Numbered from the stretch's first letter, positions 18,946 through 30,034 are shown. The stretch is DNA of 64,000 nt from an uncultured Chloroflexia bacterium (GCA_963797095.1 CAWCNY010000003.1:992001-1056000), one strand, 5' to 3'. The notes: generated from the letters alone by a model not told the origin. Program-made: numbers and translations.

Positions 18946-19980
18946 ATGATGGCACTCACTATGTTAGCTTGCAATACCTCCAGCCATGTTATTGCAGAGA
19001 TACCCGGATCGTATCGAGATTTGATCGACCAACCATACTGGGCCGCACTTACTACCGTCATGCCTGACGGACAGCCGCAAACTACCCCGGTGTGGTGCAA
19101 CCGCGAGGGCAACAACAACTACGTGTTGACCAATACGATGCAGGGGTTTCGCAAGGAGAAGAATATGAGGGCCAACCCGCACGTAACCCTGCTGGTCTAT
19201 GACCCGTGCAATCCGTCACGCAATATCGAGATACGGGGCCTTGTGGTCGAAATGAGCGAAGCGGGAGCGGTGGAGCACGACGACCGCCTGGCGCAACTCT
19301 ATCTGGGTAAGCCCAATGCCCGGTTTTTCGGGGATGCCGTGCCGGCGGACCTTGCGCGGAGCTTCGTCCCGGTCAAAGTGACGATTGCACCTATCCATGT
19401 GCGCGTTGGAGAGCCCACGCCTTCGGCGGCTTTGAGAGCACAGTCAGGGCAGTTGCCTGATGTTCGCCACAATCAAGAGACGTGCGCAAGCGAAGGGCCA
19501 GGTGCTATCCCCATCGCCCCTGCTGCTCCCACGCTCGTTACTGCCCATGTGCCTGTGACCGTGCCCGATTCACATCAAGACCTGCTGGTGCGCCCCATAC
19601 ACGGTGTCCTATCAACTATGATGCAGGACGGCCAGCCACAGTCGAGCCTGGTGTGGGTGGACTATGACGGCACTCACATACTCATCAACACTGCCCTGGA
19701 GCGCCAGAAATGCAGGAACATGCAAGCCGATCCGAGGGTTACGCTGCTCGTGGTTGACCCGAGCAAGACCGACCTCTGGATCGAGGTGCGCGGTCGCGTG
19801 GCCGAGATAACTACAAACGGTGCCATAACCCACGCGGACATGCTCGCGCAAAGGTACATGGGCAAAGACAAGCGGCGTTTCTACGGCGATGTTTACAAGA
19901 CGGAATGGCAGCGATATGAAACGCGTGTCATCGTCAAGATCGAGCCGGTCAAGGTGTCGCTTGACGCGATATTCAGGTAG
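18946..19980 (+). CDS. Tandem-domain PPOX-class (probable F420-dependent) oxidoreductase
   Basis: Two copies of T-M-x-DGQPQ..VW...K..NM..(N/D)P.VTLLV.DP...IE.RG. Confidence 0.85.
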   Translation: MMALTMLACNTSSHVIAEIPGSYRDLIDQPYWAALTTVMPDGQPQTTPVWCNREGNNNYVLTNTMQGFRKEKNMRANPHVTLLVYDPCNPSRNIEIRGLVVEMSEAGAVEHDDRLAQLYLGKPNARFFGDAVPADLARSFVPVKVTIAPIHVRVGEPTPSAALRAQSGQLPDVRHNQETCASEGPGAIPIAPAAPTLVTAHVPVTVPDSHQDLLVRPIHGVLSTMMQDGQPQSSLVWVDYDGTHILINTALERQKCRNMQADPRVTLLVVDPSKTDLWIEVRGRVAEITTNGAITHADMLAQRYMGKDKRRFYGDVYKTEWQRYETRVIVKIEPVKVSLDAIFR

Positions 19981-20109
19981 GTTAGGCCCGACCGGCCGAA
20001 AATTGCCGAGGCCGAGCACTGGATGAACACGGGCCATCTCGATCTTATCGACTGATATGTATTCGAGATGGCCCGTGTCTATCTGGAGCCTCGAACTTGT
20101 CGGCAAGCT

Positions 20110-20628
20110 CTATACAGCGCGTAGCGCTCCCTGCGGAGCAGCAGATAGCTCCGTTGCTATCTGCCTGGCCCAGCGTCGGATGTCGTCCCAATCCCTGAAA
20201 TCGCCATAGGGCACCTGCGCCCATTTGGCTGCGATACGCTCACCGAAGCCCAACCCCTTCGGATCGAGCTTCCCCACGAACACCTTGTGGTCGTGCGCCT
20301 CTACACCATTCAGGGTGGGGGACAGTCTTTTCGGATCGTCGTGAGGTTGCGGATCTTGCTCGCCCACGGGGCCGCTGCTGAAGAGCCACACAGGCAGTTT
20401 CGATAACGCAGCGCGATGGTGTGCGGGGAAGTTCTGCGCTTCAGGCAGCCAGTTGCCCATATAGACGCTGCTTCCGAGGATTACGGCATCGTAGCCCCTG
20501 ATGGCGCCGACCTCGGCGACATCTCGTAGATCGGCATCAATCGCGGAGTTGTGCAACTCGTCCACGATGGCGCTTGCGATCTCACGAGTGCTTCCGTGCT
20601 TGCTAGCTACGGCAACGAGGACTTTCAT
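20110..20628 (-). CDS. Flavodoxin-domain protein (HemG-like)
   Basis: ASKHGSTREIA, GSSVYMG, WLFSSGP, GDFRDWD. Confidence 0.88.
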   Translation of the reverse strand: MKVLVAVASKHGSTREIASAIVDELHNSAIDADLRDVAEVGAIRGYDAVILGSSVYMGNWLPEAQNFPAHHRAALSKLPVWLFSSGPVGEQDPQPHDDPKRLSPTLNGVEAHDHKVFVGKLDPKGLGFGERIAAKWAQVPYGDFRDWDDIRRWARQIATELSAAPQGALRAV

Positions 20629-20688
20629 AGTGATGTTCTCCCTCTAATTACGACTATTACCGCTTTACGACTATTACCGCTACCGCTG

Positions 20689-23001
20689 CTACCAGGGAAG
20701 CGCTTCCTCAAGTGTTATCCTGTTCGTAGTAAGCCCCGGTTGCCTGGGTTGCGCCTCTTGTCTTTGTGCTTCCACCACCGCGATAGCCGCCAGGTTGACA
20801 ATATCCTTGACCTCGTTGTCGCGTTGCAGCACATAGACCGGCTTCCTCATGCCAACCAGAATCGGCCCCACGATCTCGGCGTTTGCCAGTTGCTGTACAA
20901 GCCTGTACGCGATGTTGCCCGCCTCCAGGTTGGGGAAGATCAGCACGTTAGCCTCTTTTTGCAGTCGATTGAACGGGTACATGCTGTTTAGCAGGTCGGC
21001 GGCGAGGGCGGTATTGGCTCGCATCTCGCCGTCTATGACCAGGTCGGGCTCGCGCCTCCTGACAATATCCACCGCCTCTCGCACCATCTCGGTGCGCTCG
21101 TTGCGCACGCTGCCGAAGTCGGAGAAGCTGAGCATGGCGACCCGAGGCTCCACATTGAAGTCACGCGCCAGCCTGGCCGTGAGGATGGCTATCTCCGCCA
21201 GCTTTTCAGCATCGAGATCGACGTTCACAGTCGTGTCGGCGAAGAAGAGCACCCGATTGCGGAGCGTTACCATATAGACCCCGGCGGCGATCAAGCAATC
21301 AGGCAATGTCTTGATGATCTGGAGTGGAGGGCGCAGTACCTCAGGGTAGTGCAGGCACAGCCCTGAGATCATGCCATCTACCTCATCCATTTCCAGCATC
21401 ACCGAGGCGTAATAGTTGGGGTTAGCCACCAGTTCCCACGCCTCCATCTTTGTCACGCCCTTGCGCTTGCGCAGGTCGTACAGCCGTTGCGCGTAGTCGA
21501 GACGCCTTTCGGAGGTGCGGGGGTTGATGTATTCGGCACCCTCCAGGTGGATCTGCAACTCCTCCGCTCTGCTGATTATCTTCTGCTCGTCCCCCAGCAG
21601 CACGGGCCGGGCTATCCCTTCTTCAATTAGCTGGTGCGCGGCATGGATCGTCTTTTCGTGCTCTCCCTCGGCAAACACGATCCGCTTGGGGTTGGCTTTG
21701 GCTTTATTGAACACTATGCGCATCATCTCGCGAGATTTGCCCAGGCGTGCCTCAAGTTGTTCCTTGTATTTCCCGATGTCGATCTGCAACCTGGCGACGC
21801 CCGTTTCCATGGCCGCCTGCGCCACGGCGGGCGCTTCCCACAGCAGTATTCGCGGGTCGAGGGGTTTGGGGATCAGGTAGTCGGGGCCGAACTGCAAAGC
21901 CTCCAATCCATAGGCCTTGGCGACTGCGTCGGGCACGTCCTCCCTGGCAAGCGCGGACAATGAACGAGCCGCCGCGACCTTCATCGCTTCATTGATCTGG
22001 GTGGCGCGCACATCGAGAGCGCCCCTGAAAATAAAGGGGAAGCCCAGCACATTGTTCACCTGGTTGGGGTAATCCGACCTGCCGGTGGCAACAATAGCGT
22101 CCGGCCTGGCGGCCCTGGCATCCTCGTAGCTGATCTCAGGGTCGGGGTTAGCCATCGGGAAGAGGATGGGCGTTGAAGCCATTTGAGCGATCATCTCCTG
22201 CGTTACGATCCCGCCCATCGAAAGGCCAACGAACACGTCTGCGCCGTTGAGCGCCTCGGTGAGGGTGCGGGCCTCGGTTTCGGCGGCGAACTGCTCCTTA
22301 TACGGGTTCATGTCGATCTCGCGCCCCCGGTAAATTACGCCATGGCGGTCACACATCATGATGTTGTCTTTGTTGGCGCCAAGTTCCACGTAGAAGCGCG
22401 CGCTGGCGATGGCCGCGGCCCCGGCCCCGCTGATGACGATCCTGACCTCCGACAGCTTCTTGCCCGCAAGATCGAGCGCGTTGAGCAGGGCGGCCCCGGA
22501 GATGACCGCGGTCCCGTGCTGGTCGTCGTGGAAGACCGGGATCTGCATCTCTTTCTTCAAGCGCTCCTCTATGTAGAAACATTCGGGAGCCTTGATATCT
22601 TCGAGGTTGATGCCCCCGAAAGTATTCTCAAGCAATGCAACCGTTTGCACCACCAACCCGGGGTCTTCTGTGTTCAATTCCAGGTCAATAGCGTCAATAT
22701 CGGCAAAGCGCTTGAATAGAACGGCCTTGCCTTCCATAACGGGTTTACTTGCCAGGGAGCCGATGTTGCCCAGGCCAAGCACCGCCGTACCGTTGGTCAC
22801 AATGGCGACAAAATTACCCCTGGCCGTGTATTTGAACGCATCGTCGGGGTTCTCAGCAATCGCCCTGCAAGGCTCGGCCACGCCTGGCGTGTATGCAAGC
22901 GACAGGTCGCGCTGGCTCATGCAGGGTTTAGTTGGCGCTATCTCCAGCTTGCCTGCCGGCCACCCCGAATGATAGTCCAATGCCTCTTGATTACGAATCA
23001 T
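20689..23001 (-). CDS. maeB: NADP-dependent malic enzyme with PTA-like domain
   Basis: [46 protein letters not shown]; GGAGG before ATG 23001. Confidence 0.95.
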   Translation of the reverse strand: MIRNQEALDYHSGWPAGKLEIAPTKPCMSQRDLSLAYTPGVAEPCRAIAENPDDAFKYTARGNFVAIVTNGTAVLGLGNIGSLASKPVMEGKAVLFKRFADIDAIDLELNTEDPGLVVQTVALLENTFGGINLEDIKAPECFYIEERLKKEMQIPVFHDDQHGTAVISGAALLNALDLAGKKLSEVRIVISGAGAAAIASARFYVELGANKDNIMMCDRHGVIYRGREIDMNPYKEQFAAETEARTLTEALNGADVFVGLSMGGIVTQEMIAQMASTPILFPMANPDPEISYEDARAARPDAIVATGRSDYPNQVNNVLGFPFIFRGALDVRATQINEAMKVAAARSLSALAREDVPDAVAKAYGLEALQFGPDYLIPKPLDPRILLWEAPAVAQAAMETGVARLQIDIGKYKEQLEARLGKSREMMRIVFNKAKANPKRIVFAEGEHEKTIHAAHQLIEEGIARPVLLGDEQKIISRAEELQIHLEGAEYINPRTSERRLDYAQRLYDLRKRKGVTKMEAWELVANPNYYASVMLEMDEVDGMISGLCLHYPEVLRPPLQIIKTLPDCLIAAGVYMVTLRNRVLFFADTTVNVDLDAEKLAEIAILTARLARDFNVEPRVAMLSFSDFGSVRNERTEMVREAVDIVRRREPDLVIDGEMRANTALAADLLNSMYPFNRLQKEANVLIFPNLEAGNIAYRLVQQLANAEIVGPILVGMRKPVYVLQRDNEVKDIVNLAAIAVVEAQRQEAQPRQPGLTTNRITLEEALPW

Positions 23002-23298
23002 GTCTGCACCTCCACATTCATTGGGGCCATCGAGCACAGCAACCGGTGAGGGAATGCCCCTCTTTACAATATAGAGCACAAAGGTGGCACGCTAGATGAA
23101 CGCAGGTTAAAGTTCGGTGACAAATAGCGGTGGATTGCCATACAGGCCCAAGCTCATCGCCATTAGCCCTCGGTCCTCCTGGGCGTTGAACTGGTTTGTA
23201 ACTCCTATCCTGTAGCATATCCGTAGACAGAAGCCATACCGTGGGATTGAGAAGAACCCACGGCTAATCCGAAATATTAGGAGAATAGGAGGCCCACA

Positions 23299-23637
23299 AT
23301 GCCTGAGAAGATCGCCGACAGAGTTGAAACCAACGGCCGCCCGATACCGGAGAAAGCCCCTGAGAAGATCGAGGAGACCGCTCGCCGGTATATGCGCGAG
23401 GCCGGGGATGTCGCCCAGGACACTTTCCGCGTCTACAATGATCTGCTGGCTACTACCACCAATTACTACCTCGATACGCTCGACAAGACCATCCATGACA
23501 CCATGGAGCTTACCGGTGAGGTTGAGCATGCCATGGAGAATATGATGACCATCTATCGCCGAGCCTACACCGAGGGGTTCAAGGCCTGGCAGGCCTACTG
23601 GCAGGAGATCAACAAGTCGCTTGTTCGCCCGAAGTAA
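23299..23637 (+). CDS. Helical hypothetical protein (phasin-like character)
   Basis: AGGAGG RBS; amphipathic helices ending AWQAYWQE. Confidence 0.7.
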   Translation: MPEKIADRVETNGRPIPEKAPEKIEETARRYMREAGDVAQDTFRVYNDLLATTTNYYLDTLDKTIHDTMELTGEVEHAMENMMTIYRRAYTEGFKAWQAYWQEINKSLVRPK

Positions 23638-23673
23638 AGTGACCTTACGCGGGTAAAATATCAGGGCACAACC

Positions 23674-23760
23674 GCAAACAACAGGCCCCGTGCTTGCTCC
23701 GACAACCGGCTCCGTTTTGGGTGTTCCGGTGGCGAGACAGGTACGGGGCCTGTTGTTTGC
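23674..23760. repeat. Long intergenic stem-loop
   Basis: GCAAACAACAGGCCCCGTGC ... GTACGGGGCCTGTTGTTTGC (20-bp arms, one mismatch). Confidence 0.75.
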
Positions 23761-23866
23761 ACGTCTGCTTGCTATCTTTTCTACTTGCCTGCTGGCGCGT
23801 TTTCTACTATACAGAAGGTAGACACTTCGCCCTGCGCCCCTATCCACTGCAAAGAGGTTCCTTCAA

Positions 23867-24742
23867 ATGATGGCTAAATATGCACGTTTGAGCCTGGTTG
23901 CCCTGTTCTTGATTGCCCCGGTCGCTCTTGCGGCCTGCGATTCCGGCGGGTCCGCTACGGCCACTCCCGGCGCGGCAGGCGGGTCGGCGGGCGGTGTGGT
24001 GCAGGACCTGAACTCCATCCTGGCCTCCGGTCTCCAATTCCAGGACTTGCAGGCAAATTCGGTGACGGTCTTCATAGATACCTCGATCCCTGTGGTTTGC
24101 GCCGCCGCCTACGGGCCCACTACCGACTACGGCAGCCTTTCCACCGACCCGGAGATGGCAGGGCAGGCCCGCACCGACCATCACGCTCTGCTCAGCGGCC
24201 TTCAGCCTGACACCGATTATCACTTGCGTATGCAGGCCGTGGGGCCGGATGGCATCTTCTACCGCAGCAATGACTACACATTCCACACGCCCGATGCCGC
24301 CCCCGGCGCTGCCAAACCTGCGGGCACCAACCTCGCGCTCCTCAGTAACGGCGCTCACGTGACCGGAGTAAGCAGCAATTTCGGGGGCGGCGATAACTCG
24401 GGTAATTTCGGTGCCGACAGTGCTTTCGATGGCGACCCGAACACGCAATGGTCGAGCAACGGCGACGGCGACAAAGCGTGGATCGAGATAGAGCTAGCCG
24501 GTCAAGCGCATATCACTAGCATCGGGTTCTGGACGCGCACCATGGGAAGCAGCGCCCAGATCATGTCGTTCCAGGTGGTAGCGGACGGTGGCGAGACCGA
24601 CGGCCCCTTCCAATTGGGCGATGCTGGCTCGATCCACTACTTCCCCGTCGATTTCACAGCGCAACGCCTGCGCTTCGAGGCTGTGGACACCAGTGGCGGC
24701 AATACCGGGGCTGTGGAGATCGAGGTTTACGGCCAGCCGTAG
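23867..24742 (+). CDS. Lipoprotein with FN3-like and discoidin (F5/8 type C) domains
   Basis: Lipobox LAAC; LSGLQPDTDYH; AFDGDPNTQWSS...AWIEIEL. Confidence 0.85.
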   Translation: MMAKYARLSLVALFLIAPVALAACDSGGSATATPGAAGGSAGGVVQDLNSILASGLQFQDLQANSVTVFIDTSIPVVCAAAYGPTTDYGSLSTDPEMAGQARTDHHALLSGLQPDTDYHLRMQAVGPDGIFYRSNDYTFHTPDAAPGAAKPAGTNLALLSNGAHVTGVSSNFGGGDNSGNFGADSAFDGDPNTQWSSNGDGDKAWIEIELAGQAHITSIGFWTRTMGSSAQIMSFQVVADGGETDGPFQLGDAGSIHYFPVDFTAQRLRFEAVDTSGGNTGAVEIEVYGQP

Positions 24743-24746
24743 CCTT

Positions 24747-25556
24747 CTACTGATTGATCCGGGTCCACATTGTGGCTACATGCAGGCCGTTCTTGCCCAA
24801 TATTTGCAATCTATAGCCGATGCGCGCCAGGGTGTCTGCCATAGTCAAGGCAACTTGCGTATTATGCACCTCGCACAGGATGGCGGGGTGGTGCCGGGCC
24901 AGCAGACGTTGTGCGCCCGCGATCACCGCCGCCTCGGCACCCTCCACGTCGATCTTGAGCAGAGCGGGAGTGGGTAGCCCCATCTCCTCGCATACTGTAT
25001 CCAGCTTTTGCAACGGCACGCCCGTAGATGCTGAACCTGGGAGTGGCGCTGCTTGCACGCCGGGTGGTAGCTCTACCCCGCCGAACTCCTGCACGTAGGC
25101 GGCGCTGGCTGCTCCCACGTCCTCGCGACTGGCGACCAGGGTTGCCTCGCCGTCCCGGTCGCCAAGCGCCAGCGCGTGAACCGCCACTTTTTCGGCAAGG
25201 CCATTGCGCTCCAGCGTGGCCTTCAGTATGTCGCGGTTGTACTGGGCGGGCTCGAACGCTTCGACATGCTCTCCTCCGAGCTTGAGCCATGCGCAGGTGT
25301 AGTAGCCCGTGTGCGCCCCGATGTCGTAGAGAGTGCCGCCACCCCGCGCCATCCCTTCCAATGCAGCAAGCATCTCAGGCTCGTAATCGCCTGTGAGGAA
25401 CCTGTCTGCCCAGCCTGTCCCCTCGCCCGATGGTAAGTAGAGCCATAGGCCCTTCAGCGCCCCGCTACGGACATCCCGCCAGCCGTGGATCAGGCTCGTC
25501 CTGGGCTTTGCCCGGCCGGGGCGCAGGCGGCGTTTGATTGATTGGAGTAGGGTCAT
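24747..25556 (-). CDS. FkbM family methyltransferase
   Basis: YDIGAHTGYY, AFEP, LKIDVEGAE. Confidence 0.92.
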   Translation of the reverse strand: MTLLQSIKRRLRPGRAKPRTSLIHGWRDVRSGALKGLWLYLPSGEGTGWADRFLTGDYEPEMLAALEGMARGGGTLYDIGAHTGYYTCAWLKLGGEHVEAFEPAQYNRDILKATLERNGLAEKVAVHALALGDRDGEATLVASREDVGAASAAYVQEFGGVELPPGVQAAPLPGSASTGVPLQKLDTVCEEMGLPTPALLKIDVEGAEAAVIAGAQRLLARHHPAILCEVHNTQVALTMADTLARIGYRLQILGKNGLHVATMWTRINQ

Positions 25557-26905
25557 TGCACCAGGCCCTCGTCATGAGTAGTATCCTGGTCGGCCTCGGA
25601 TAGCGCTTTTCTCAGCGCGAAGAGGGCCACCCCTGTGCCTGTCACCCGCGCCAGCAGGCGGGCTATCACCGCGCCGAAACCCGCGTAAACCGGGATCAGG
25701 AGCCAGCCAGCCAGACCCAGCACCCCCACCCGCAGCCAATCTGCGAAGGCGAGCACGCGGGGCCTGTCGAGCGGGAAGGCGATCAAGAAGAGCGAGCTGG
25801 TCACCAGGTCGAAGAGGACGATGGGTAGGAGCGCCATGAAGAGAGGGGCTGCCTCTGTATAGCGCTCGCCGTAGAGGAGGGCGATGGCGGGTTGTGCCAC
25901 CAGGGCCGCCAACGCCAACGCCCCCGCCAGCACCAGCGACCCGGTCAGCACCCGCCTCAAATAGCGTCTTATCTCGACGCGGCCGCGAAGGCGGCTGGCG
26001 CGGGGCATCATCACGGTGAAAAGGCTCTGATTGAGCACATCCAGGCGCATCGCCAGCGTCAGCGCGACCGAGTAGACGCCGACGGTCGCAGGGTCGGCCA
26101 GCCTCCCCAGGAGCAGCAGGTCGCCCTGCGCCACGATGATCGATCCCAGGTTGGAGAAGAATATCCACTTGCTGAAGTCGAACATAGAGCGCATGAGACC
26201 GCCCTGTGGGGCGAGGGTCCCACGATGCGGGCCTGATCGCCAGGGGAGCCACCCGGCCGGGAGGAGGAACCACGCGGGCAAGGTGCTCACTATTGGCAGG
26301 GCCACGTTCCACACCACCAGACTCGTCAGGTTGAGGCTGCCGGTCGCCAGCAACAGGAGGATGCCGCCCAGCGTGATAACGGCATTGAGCAGGCCAGCCA
26401 GTCCAAGCCTCCCGAACTGCTCAAGCCCCACAAGCACCGTGCCCGGATAGCTGCTGATCGCCAGCGCGACCAACGTAAGAGAGCCTACCTGTAAGTAGGG
26501 CGTCAGGTCCGATTGGTTGAGCACGCCCTGGGCGATTGGCGCTGCCAGCAGGAAGACCAGCAGGGCTGTGGATGTGCCTGTCAGCACCCGGAGGCCCAGG
26601 TAGAGGCGGGCTACCATGCCGGATCGCGCGTCTTTTTCCGCCACGAACTGCGCGATGAACTTGATGGCGGTATAGGTGAGGCCGAGGTCGGCCAGGGTGC
26701 CGCAGATGGTCACCACTGCCATCACCAGCCCGAACCGCCCGAAATCGACAGGCCCAAGCACGCGAGCCGAGGCCACGTTGCCCACCAGCGCCAGCAACAT
26801 CTGGAGCACCCGGGATCCGAAGGTCGCGCCCAGGTCGGTCAAAGCCCGCCTGCCGCCCGCAAAGATGGATGTGTCGGGCGTATCTGTATCCGCGATCAGC
26901 CGCAT
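25553..26905 (-). CDS. Oligosaccharide flippase (Wzx-like)
   Basis: ARVLGPVDFG, DLGL, VGVYSVA, about 12 TM helices. Confidence 0.88.
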   Translation of the reverse strand: MRLIADTDTPDTSIFAGGRRALTDLGATFGSRVLQMLLALVGNVASARVLGPVDFGRFGLVMAVVTICGTLADLGLTYTAIKFIAQFVAEKDARSGMVARLYLGLRVLTGTSTALLVFLLAAPIAQGVLNQSDLTPYLQVGSLTLVALAISSYPGTVLVGLEQFGRLGLAGLLNAVITLGGILLLLATGSLNLTSLVVWNVALPIVSTLPAWFLLPAGWLPWRSGPHRGTLAPQGGLMRSMFDFSKWIFFSNLGSIIVAQGDLLLLGRLADPATVGVYSVALTLAMRLDVLNQSLFTVMMPRASRLRGRVEIRRYLRRVLTGSLVLAGALALAALVAQPAIALLYGERYTEAAPLFMALLPIVLFDLVTSSLFLIAFPLDRPRVLAFADWLRVGVLGLAGWLLIPVYAGFGAVIARLLARVTGTGVALFALRKALSEADQDTTHDEGLVQ

Positions 26906-26919
26906 AGTGGTGGCGGGGG

Positions 26920-27861
26920 CTAGCTTTCGCTCGCCTTGTTCTGCTGCCTGTTCCGCCGGCCCAACAGGCGCACGTAGGCAGGGAGAGCGCGGCGGTCCCA
27001 GGGGCGCAGGCGAACCAGCGCGCGCAGGTGGCGCCGCGCCGCGCCGGGGTCTCCCTCGTCGATGTAGAGCCGGGCCAACTTGTAGTTGATATTAGCGAGG
27101 CTCCTGCGCCCCCTGGCGCGCACTTCGGGAGGGATCTTATCGCTGCTGGCCTCCATGAACTCGGTGATGACCTTGATCGAGTTGAGTAGGGGCATCTCCC
27201 TCTGTATGCGCGAGGTGCGCCCGCTGTGCTCCCGCATCAGCACCAGCACTTCGGGCACGTAGCTGGCTTTGTAGCTTGCTGCCAGCCTGAGAGTAAATTC
27301 GTAGTCCTCGTTGGCCCTGATCTCCCTGAAGCCGCCCAGCTTATCGAAAACCTCGCGCCTCACGACGAGCGTGCTCGATATGGCGCGAGGCTCCTCAAGT
27401 ATGTCTCCCAGGATGTAGCCGTTGAAGTCGCGTTCGGGAGGCAGGCATGGCGCGCTGAGGAACTCGTTTTCGATGAAGCGCTGGACGTTGCAGAATGCGA
27501 ACCCCGCCTCCGGGGCGCGCTCCAACGCTTCAAGCTGCTTCTCGATGCGCCGCTCTTTCCAGATGTCATCGGAATCGAGGAAGGCGATCAGGGGCGTGGT
27601 AGTGGTGTGCGCGCCTCTGTTGCGGGCCTCACCGCGCCGGTTGACGTGAGGGCCGGGCAGGAAGACCACGCCGGTACGCCCTTCCGCAGCCTTTCGAGCC
27701 TGCTCTACCACCTGCGCGGTGTGGTCGGTCGAGCCGTCGTCCACCACAACCACTTCCTTTGGTAGCACGGTCTGGGCGAGCACGCTCTGGAGGGTGGCCT
27801 GGAGCAGGTCGGCCCGGTTGTAGGTTGGTATTACGACGCTGATCAAGGAGCTTTGCGTCAC
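26920..27861 (-). CDS. Glycosyltransferase family 2
   Basis: SVVIPTYNR, VDDGSTD, FLDSDD, EDY. Confidence 0.93.
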   Translation of the reverse strand: MTQSSLISVVIPTYNRADLLQATLQSVLAQTVLPKEVVVVDDGSTDHTAQVVEQARKAAEGRTGVVFLPGPHVNRRGEARNRGAHTTTTPLIAFLDSDDIWKERRIEKQLEALERAPEAGFAFCNVQRFIENEFLSAPCLPPERDFNGYILGDILEEPRAISSTLVVRREVFDKLGGFREIRANEDYEFTLRLAASYKASYVPEVLVLMREHSGRTSRIQREMPLLNSIKVITEFMEASSDKIPPEVRARGRRSLANINYKLARLYIDEGDPGAARRHLRALVRLRPWDRRALPAYVRLLGRRNRQQNKASES

Positions 27862-28769
27862 CGTTGGCCGCTTTCCCGTTGCTGGCGGGCCATTTCCAAA
27901 AGACCCTGCTCAGGGGTGCGTGGGGCCCATCCCAACTCCTCCCTGGCGCGGTCGCATGAGAGGGATGTGTCGCGCCCGAACATGGCTTGCGGGGGCATAG
28001 GCTCATCGAGCACCAGGGCTGGATCGAGCGAGAAAGCCCGCGCTGCCGAGCGCAGGAAGTCGGCCCTGCTACAGCGAATAGGCCCTGCCAGGTGGAAGAT
28101 GCCGCGCTCTACGCCGAGGAGGAGACGCAGGAGGGCGGGCGCCAGGTCGGCGAGTGCGGTGGGCGTGCGATACTGGTCGCTGTAGGCGTGGACCTTCTGC
28201 CCCTGCCTGAGCTGCTCAAGTGAGGGGGCGAGGCGTGGGTCTGAGCCGGGGGGTGACAGGCGATAGTCGCGCCCATACACAAGGCAGGTACGCGCCACGC
28301 AGCTATCCTCTATCATACCGGTCACGGTAGCCTCGACGGCGGCTTTGGCGCGCCCATAGTCGGAGCCTGGATCGATCTGATCTCGCTCGGAGTAAGGGCG
28401 ACCGGCCTCGCCGGAAAAGACGGCATCGGACGAGACGAGGAGGTAGCGCACCTGCGGGTTGGCCGAGACGAGGGATGCGCATACCTTCTGGGCGGTGCGC
28501 TCCGCCTCGGAGGGGTCGTTTCTTCCTGGAAGAGAGCAATCGAGCACGTGCGTTGGCGCGAGTTTTTGGAGCAAGTCGTGTACATCCTGTGAGTTAGAAA
28601 GGTCGAGCCGTATGGCCTGTGGATGATTTGCCTTGCCCGTGCGGAAGGTCCAGCGGGCGTCCTGAGGCCAGCCGGGCAAAGCGCGCACAGCCCCACCGAC
28701 GAAGGAGGACCCACCCAGGAGCAGCATGCGCAGCTCTTTCGAGTGTTTGCCTGAGATGGAGCGGCTCAC
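27858..28769 (-). CDS. RmlD-like (dTDP-4-dehydrorhamnose reductase family) SDR
   Basis: SSDAVFSG, YGRAK, DQYRTPT, GIFHLAG. Confidence 0.85.
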   Translation of the reverse strand: MSRSISGKHSKELRMLLLGGSSFVGGAVRALPGWPQDARWTFRTGKANHPQAIRLDLSNSQDVHDLLQKLAPTHVLDCSLPGRNDPSEAERTAQKVCASLVSANPQVRYLLVSSDAVFSGEAGRPYSERDQIDPGSDYGRAKAAVEATVTGMIEDSCVARTCLVYGRDYRLSPPGSDPRLAPSLEQLRQGQKVHAYSDQYRTPTALADLAPALLRLLLGVERGIFHLAGPIRCSRADFLRSAARAFSLDPALVLDEPMPPQAMFGRDTSLSCDRAREELGWAPRTPEQGLLEMARQQRESGQR

Positions 28770-29896
28770 CGGCTGCCGTCAGCGGCCACTTTGAGCGTGC
28801 TGGCTGCTATCTGCGTGAGGGCCTCGGAAGCGCACATGCGATAATAGATGTCGCCATCGCGCAGGTAGTCGAGGTTCTTGGCACCGGGCGAGACGGGGAT
28901 ATAGGGGTTGACGACCACCAGCTTGAGGCCGCGCTGGCGGGCTTGCGCGATTATGCCCCGGCGGTCGGCGCTCACGCCCACCACCAGGAGGGCGTTCGAC
29001 TCCGGATGAAAGTGCACCTGGTGGAACTCGTTGACCACGCCCGACCCGCGTACCTGCTCGTAGTCGTGGATGCCTGTCAGATCGAACAGCCTGTCGATGT
29101 TGTCGGTGAAGATGTTGTGAAGGAAGCCCGTCTGCCGCAACTGCATCAGGCAGTGGTGGGCCTCGCTCGGCTGGGTAGTGGCGGCCTGGGTGTGCCAGCC
29201 CGCGAAGCGGCGGAACATGCCGGTCAGGTCTTCTTTAAGGAGGGAGGGGAAGCGGTCCTTTTCGCCCAGGCAGAAATCCTCGTAGCCGTAGTCCACCCAG
29301 AAGAGGTCGTGCACCTCCTTGAGCATGGGCAGCCCGGCCTCGTAGCTGAGACCGCTGCCCGCCAGCAGGTCGCAACCGCTGACCCCCAGGGCTTCCAGGT
29401 CGAATACGGCGTTCGACTCGATGGCCGGGGGCGTGGGGAGCGGAGGCTCCGGGTAGCGCGCGGCCAGGCGGGTCAGCCTGTCGAGGTCCTCCGGCGTGGG
29501 CCAGCCCGATATTATGCGCGCCAGCGTGATGCCCTCCTCAGGGTGAAGCACCTCGAACTTGCTGTTGGCCGCCAGGGGGTCGGAGGGGTCCGGGCCAGGG
29601 CCTTCCAGTTGTTGGACCACCGGGCGCATGGCTTCATCCTCGCCCCAGTGGACGTAAAAGAGGAAAGGGTTCTCGATGCTTGTGCCGCTATCGGAGAGCA
29701 CGTGGCGACCTCCGAAATAGACGGTCCGGCTGAGCTTGGGGTGCTCGGAATCGCGCTTCCAACCCCAGATGATCCTCTCCACAAAGGCGTCCGGGTTCAG
29801 GTGGGAGGCCTCTCCCGGATCGAGCACCTGGACAGGCGGGTTAGCACTCCTGGATAGCAGGTTATCGGGGACGGTATCTATATTCTTCATGCCCAC
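28766..29896 (-). CDS. Atypical Sir2/sirtuin-domain protein with unknown N-terminal domain
   Basis: LAGSGLSYEAGLP, PSEAH, FTDNID, VRGS, LLVVGVS, VVVNP. Confidence 0.75.
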   Translation of the reverse strand: MGMKNIDTVPDNLLSRSANPPVQVLDPGEASHLNPDAFVERIIWGWKRDSEHPKLSRTVYFGGRHVLSDSGTSIENPFLFYVHWGEDEAMRPVVQQLEGPGPDPSDPLAANSKFEVLHPEEGITLARIISGWPTPEDLDRLTRLAARYPEPPLPTPPAIESNAVFDLEALGVSGCDLLAGSGLSYEAGLPMLKEVHDLFWVDYGYEDFCLGEKDRFPSLLKEDLTGMFRRFAGWHTQAATTQPSEAHHCLMQLRQTGFLHNIFTDNIDRLFDLTGIHDYEQVRGSGVVNEFHQVHFHPESNALLVVGVSADRRGIIAQARQRGLKLVVVNPYIPVSPGAKNLDYLRDGDIYYRMCASEALTQIAASTLKVAADGSR

Positions 29897-30034
29897 CCCT
29901 CTCTGGGTTTATGTAGGCCACATTATAGCATTATCACCGCTTTTTGCTCCAACCAAATACGGTCCTGTTGGCGCAGACGGGTTACGCTTCGCCTACGCGG
30001 GATAGCATCCATTGGCATGATCGTGCGAAACCCC

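Noticed and set aside
28619-29857. 412-aa plus-strand ORF
   Set aside because: Antisense shadow of the sirtuin-like gene, expected from high-GC codon bias.
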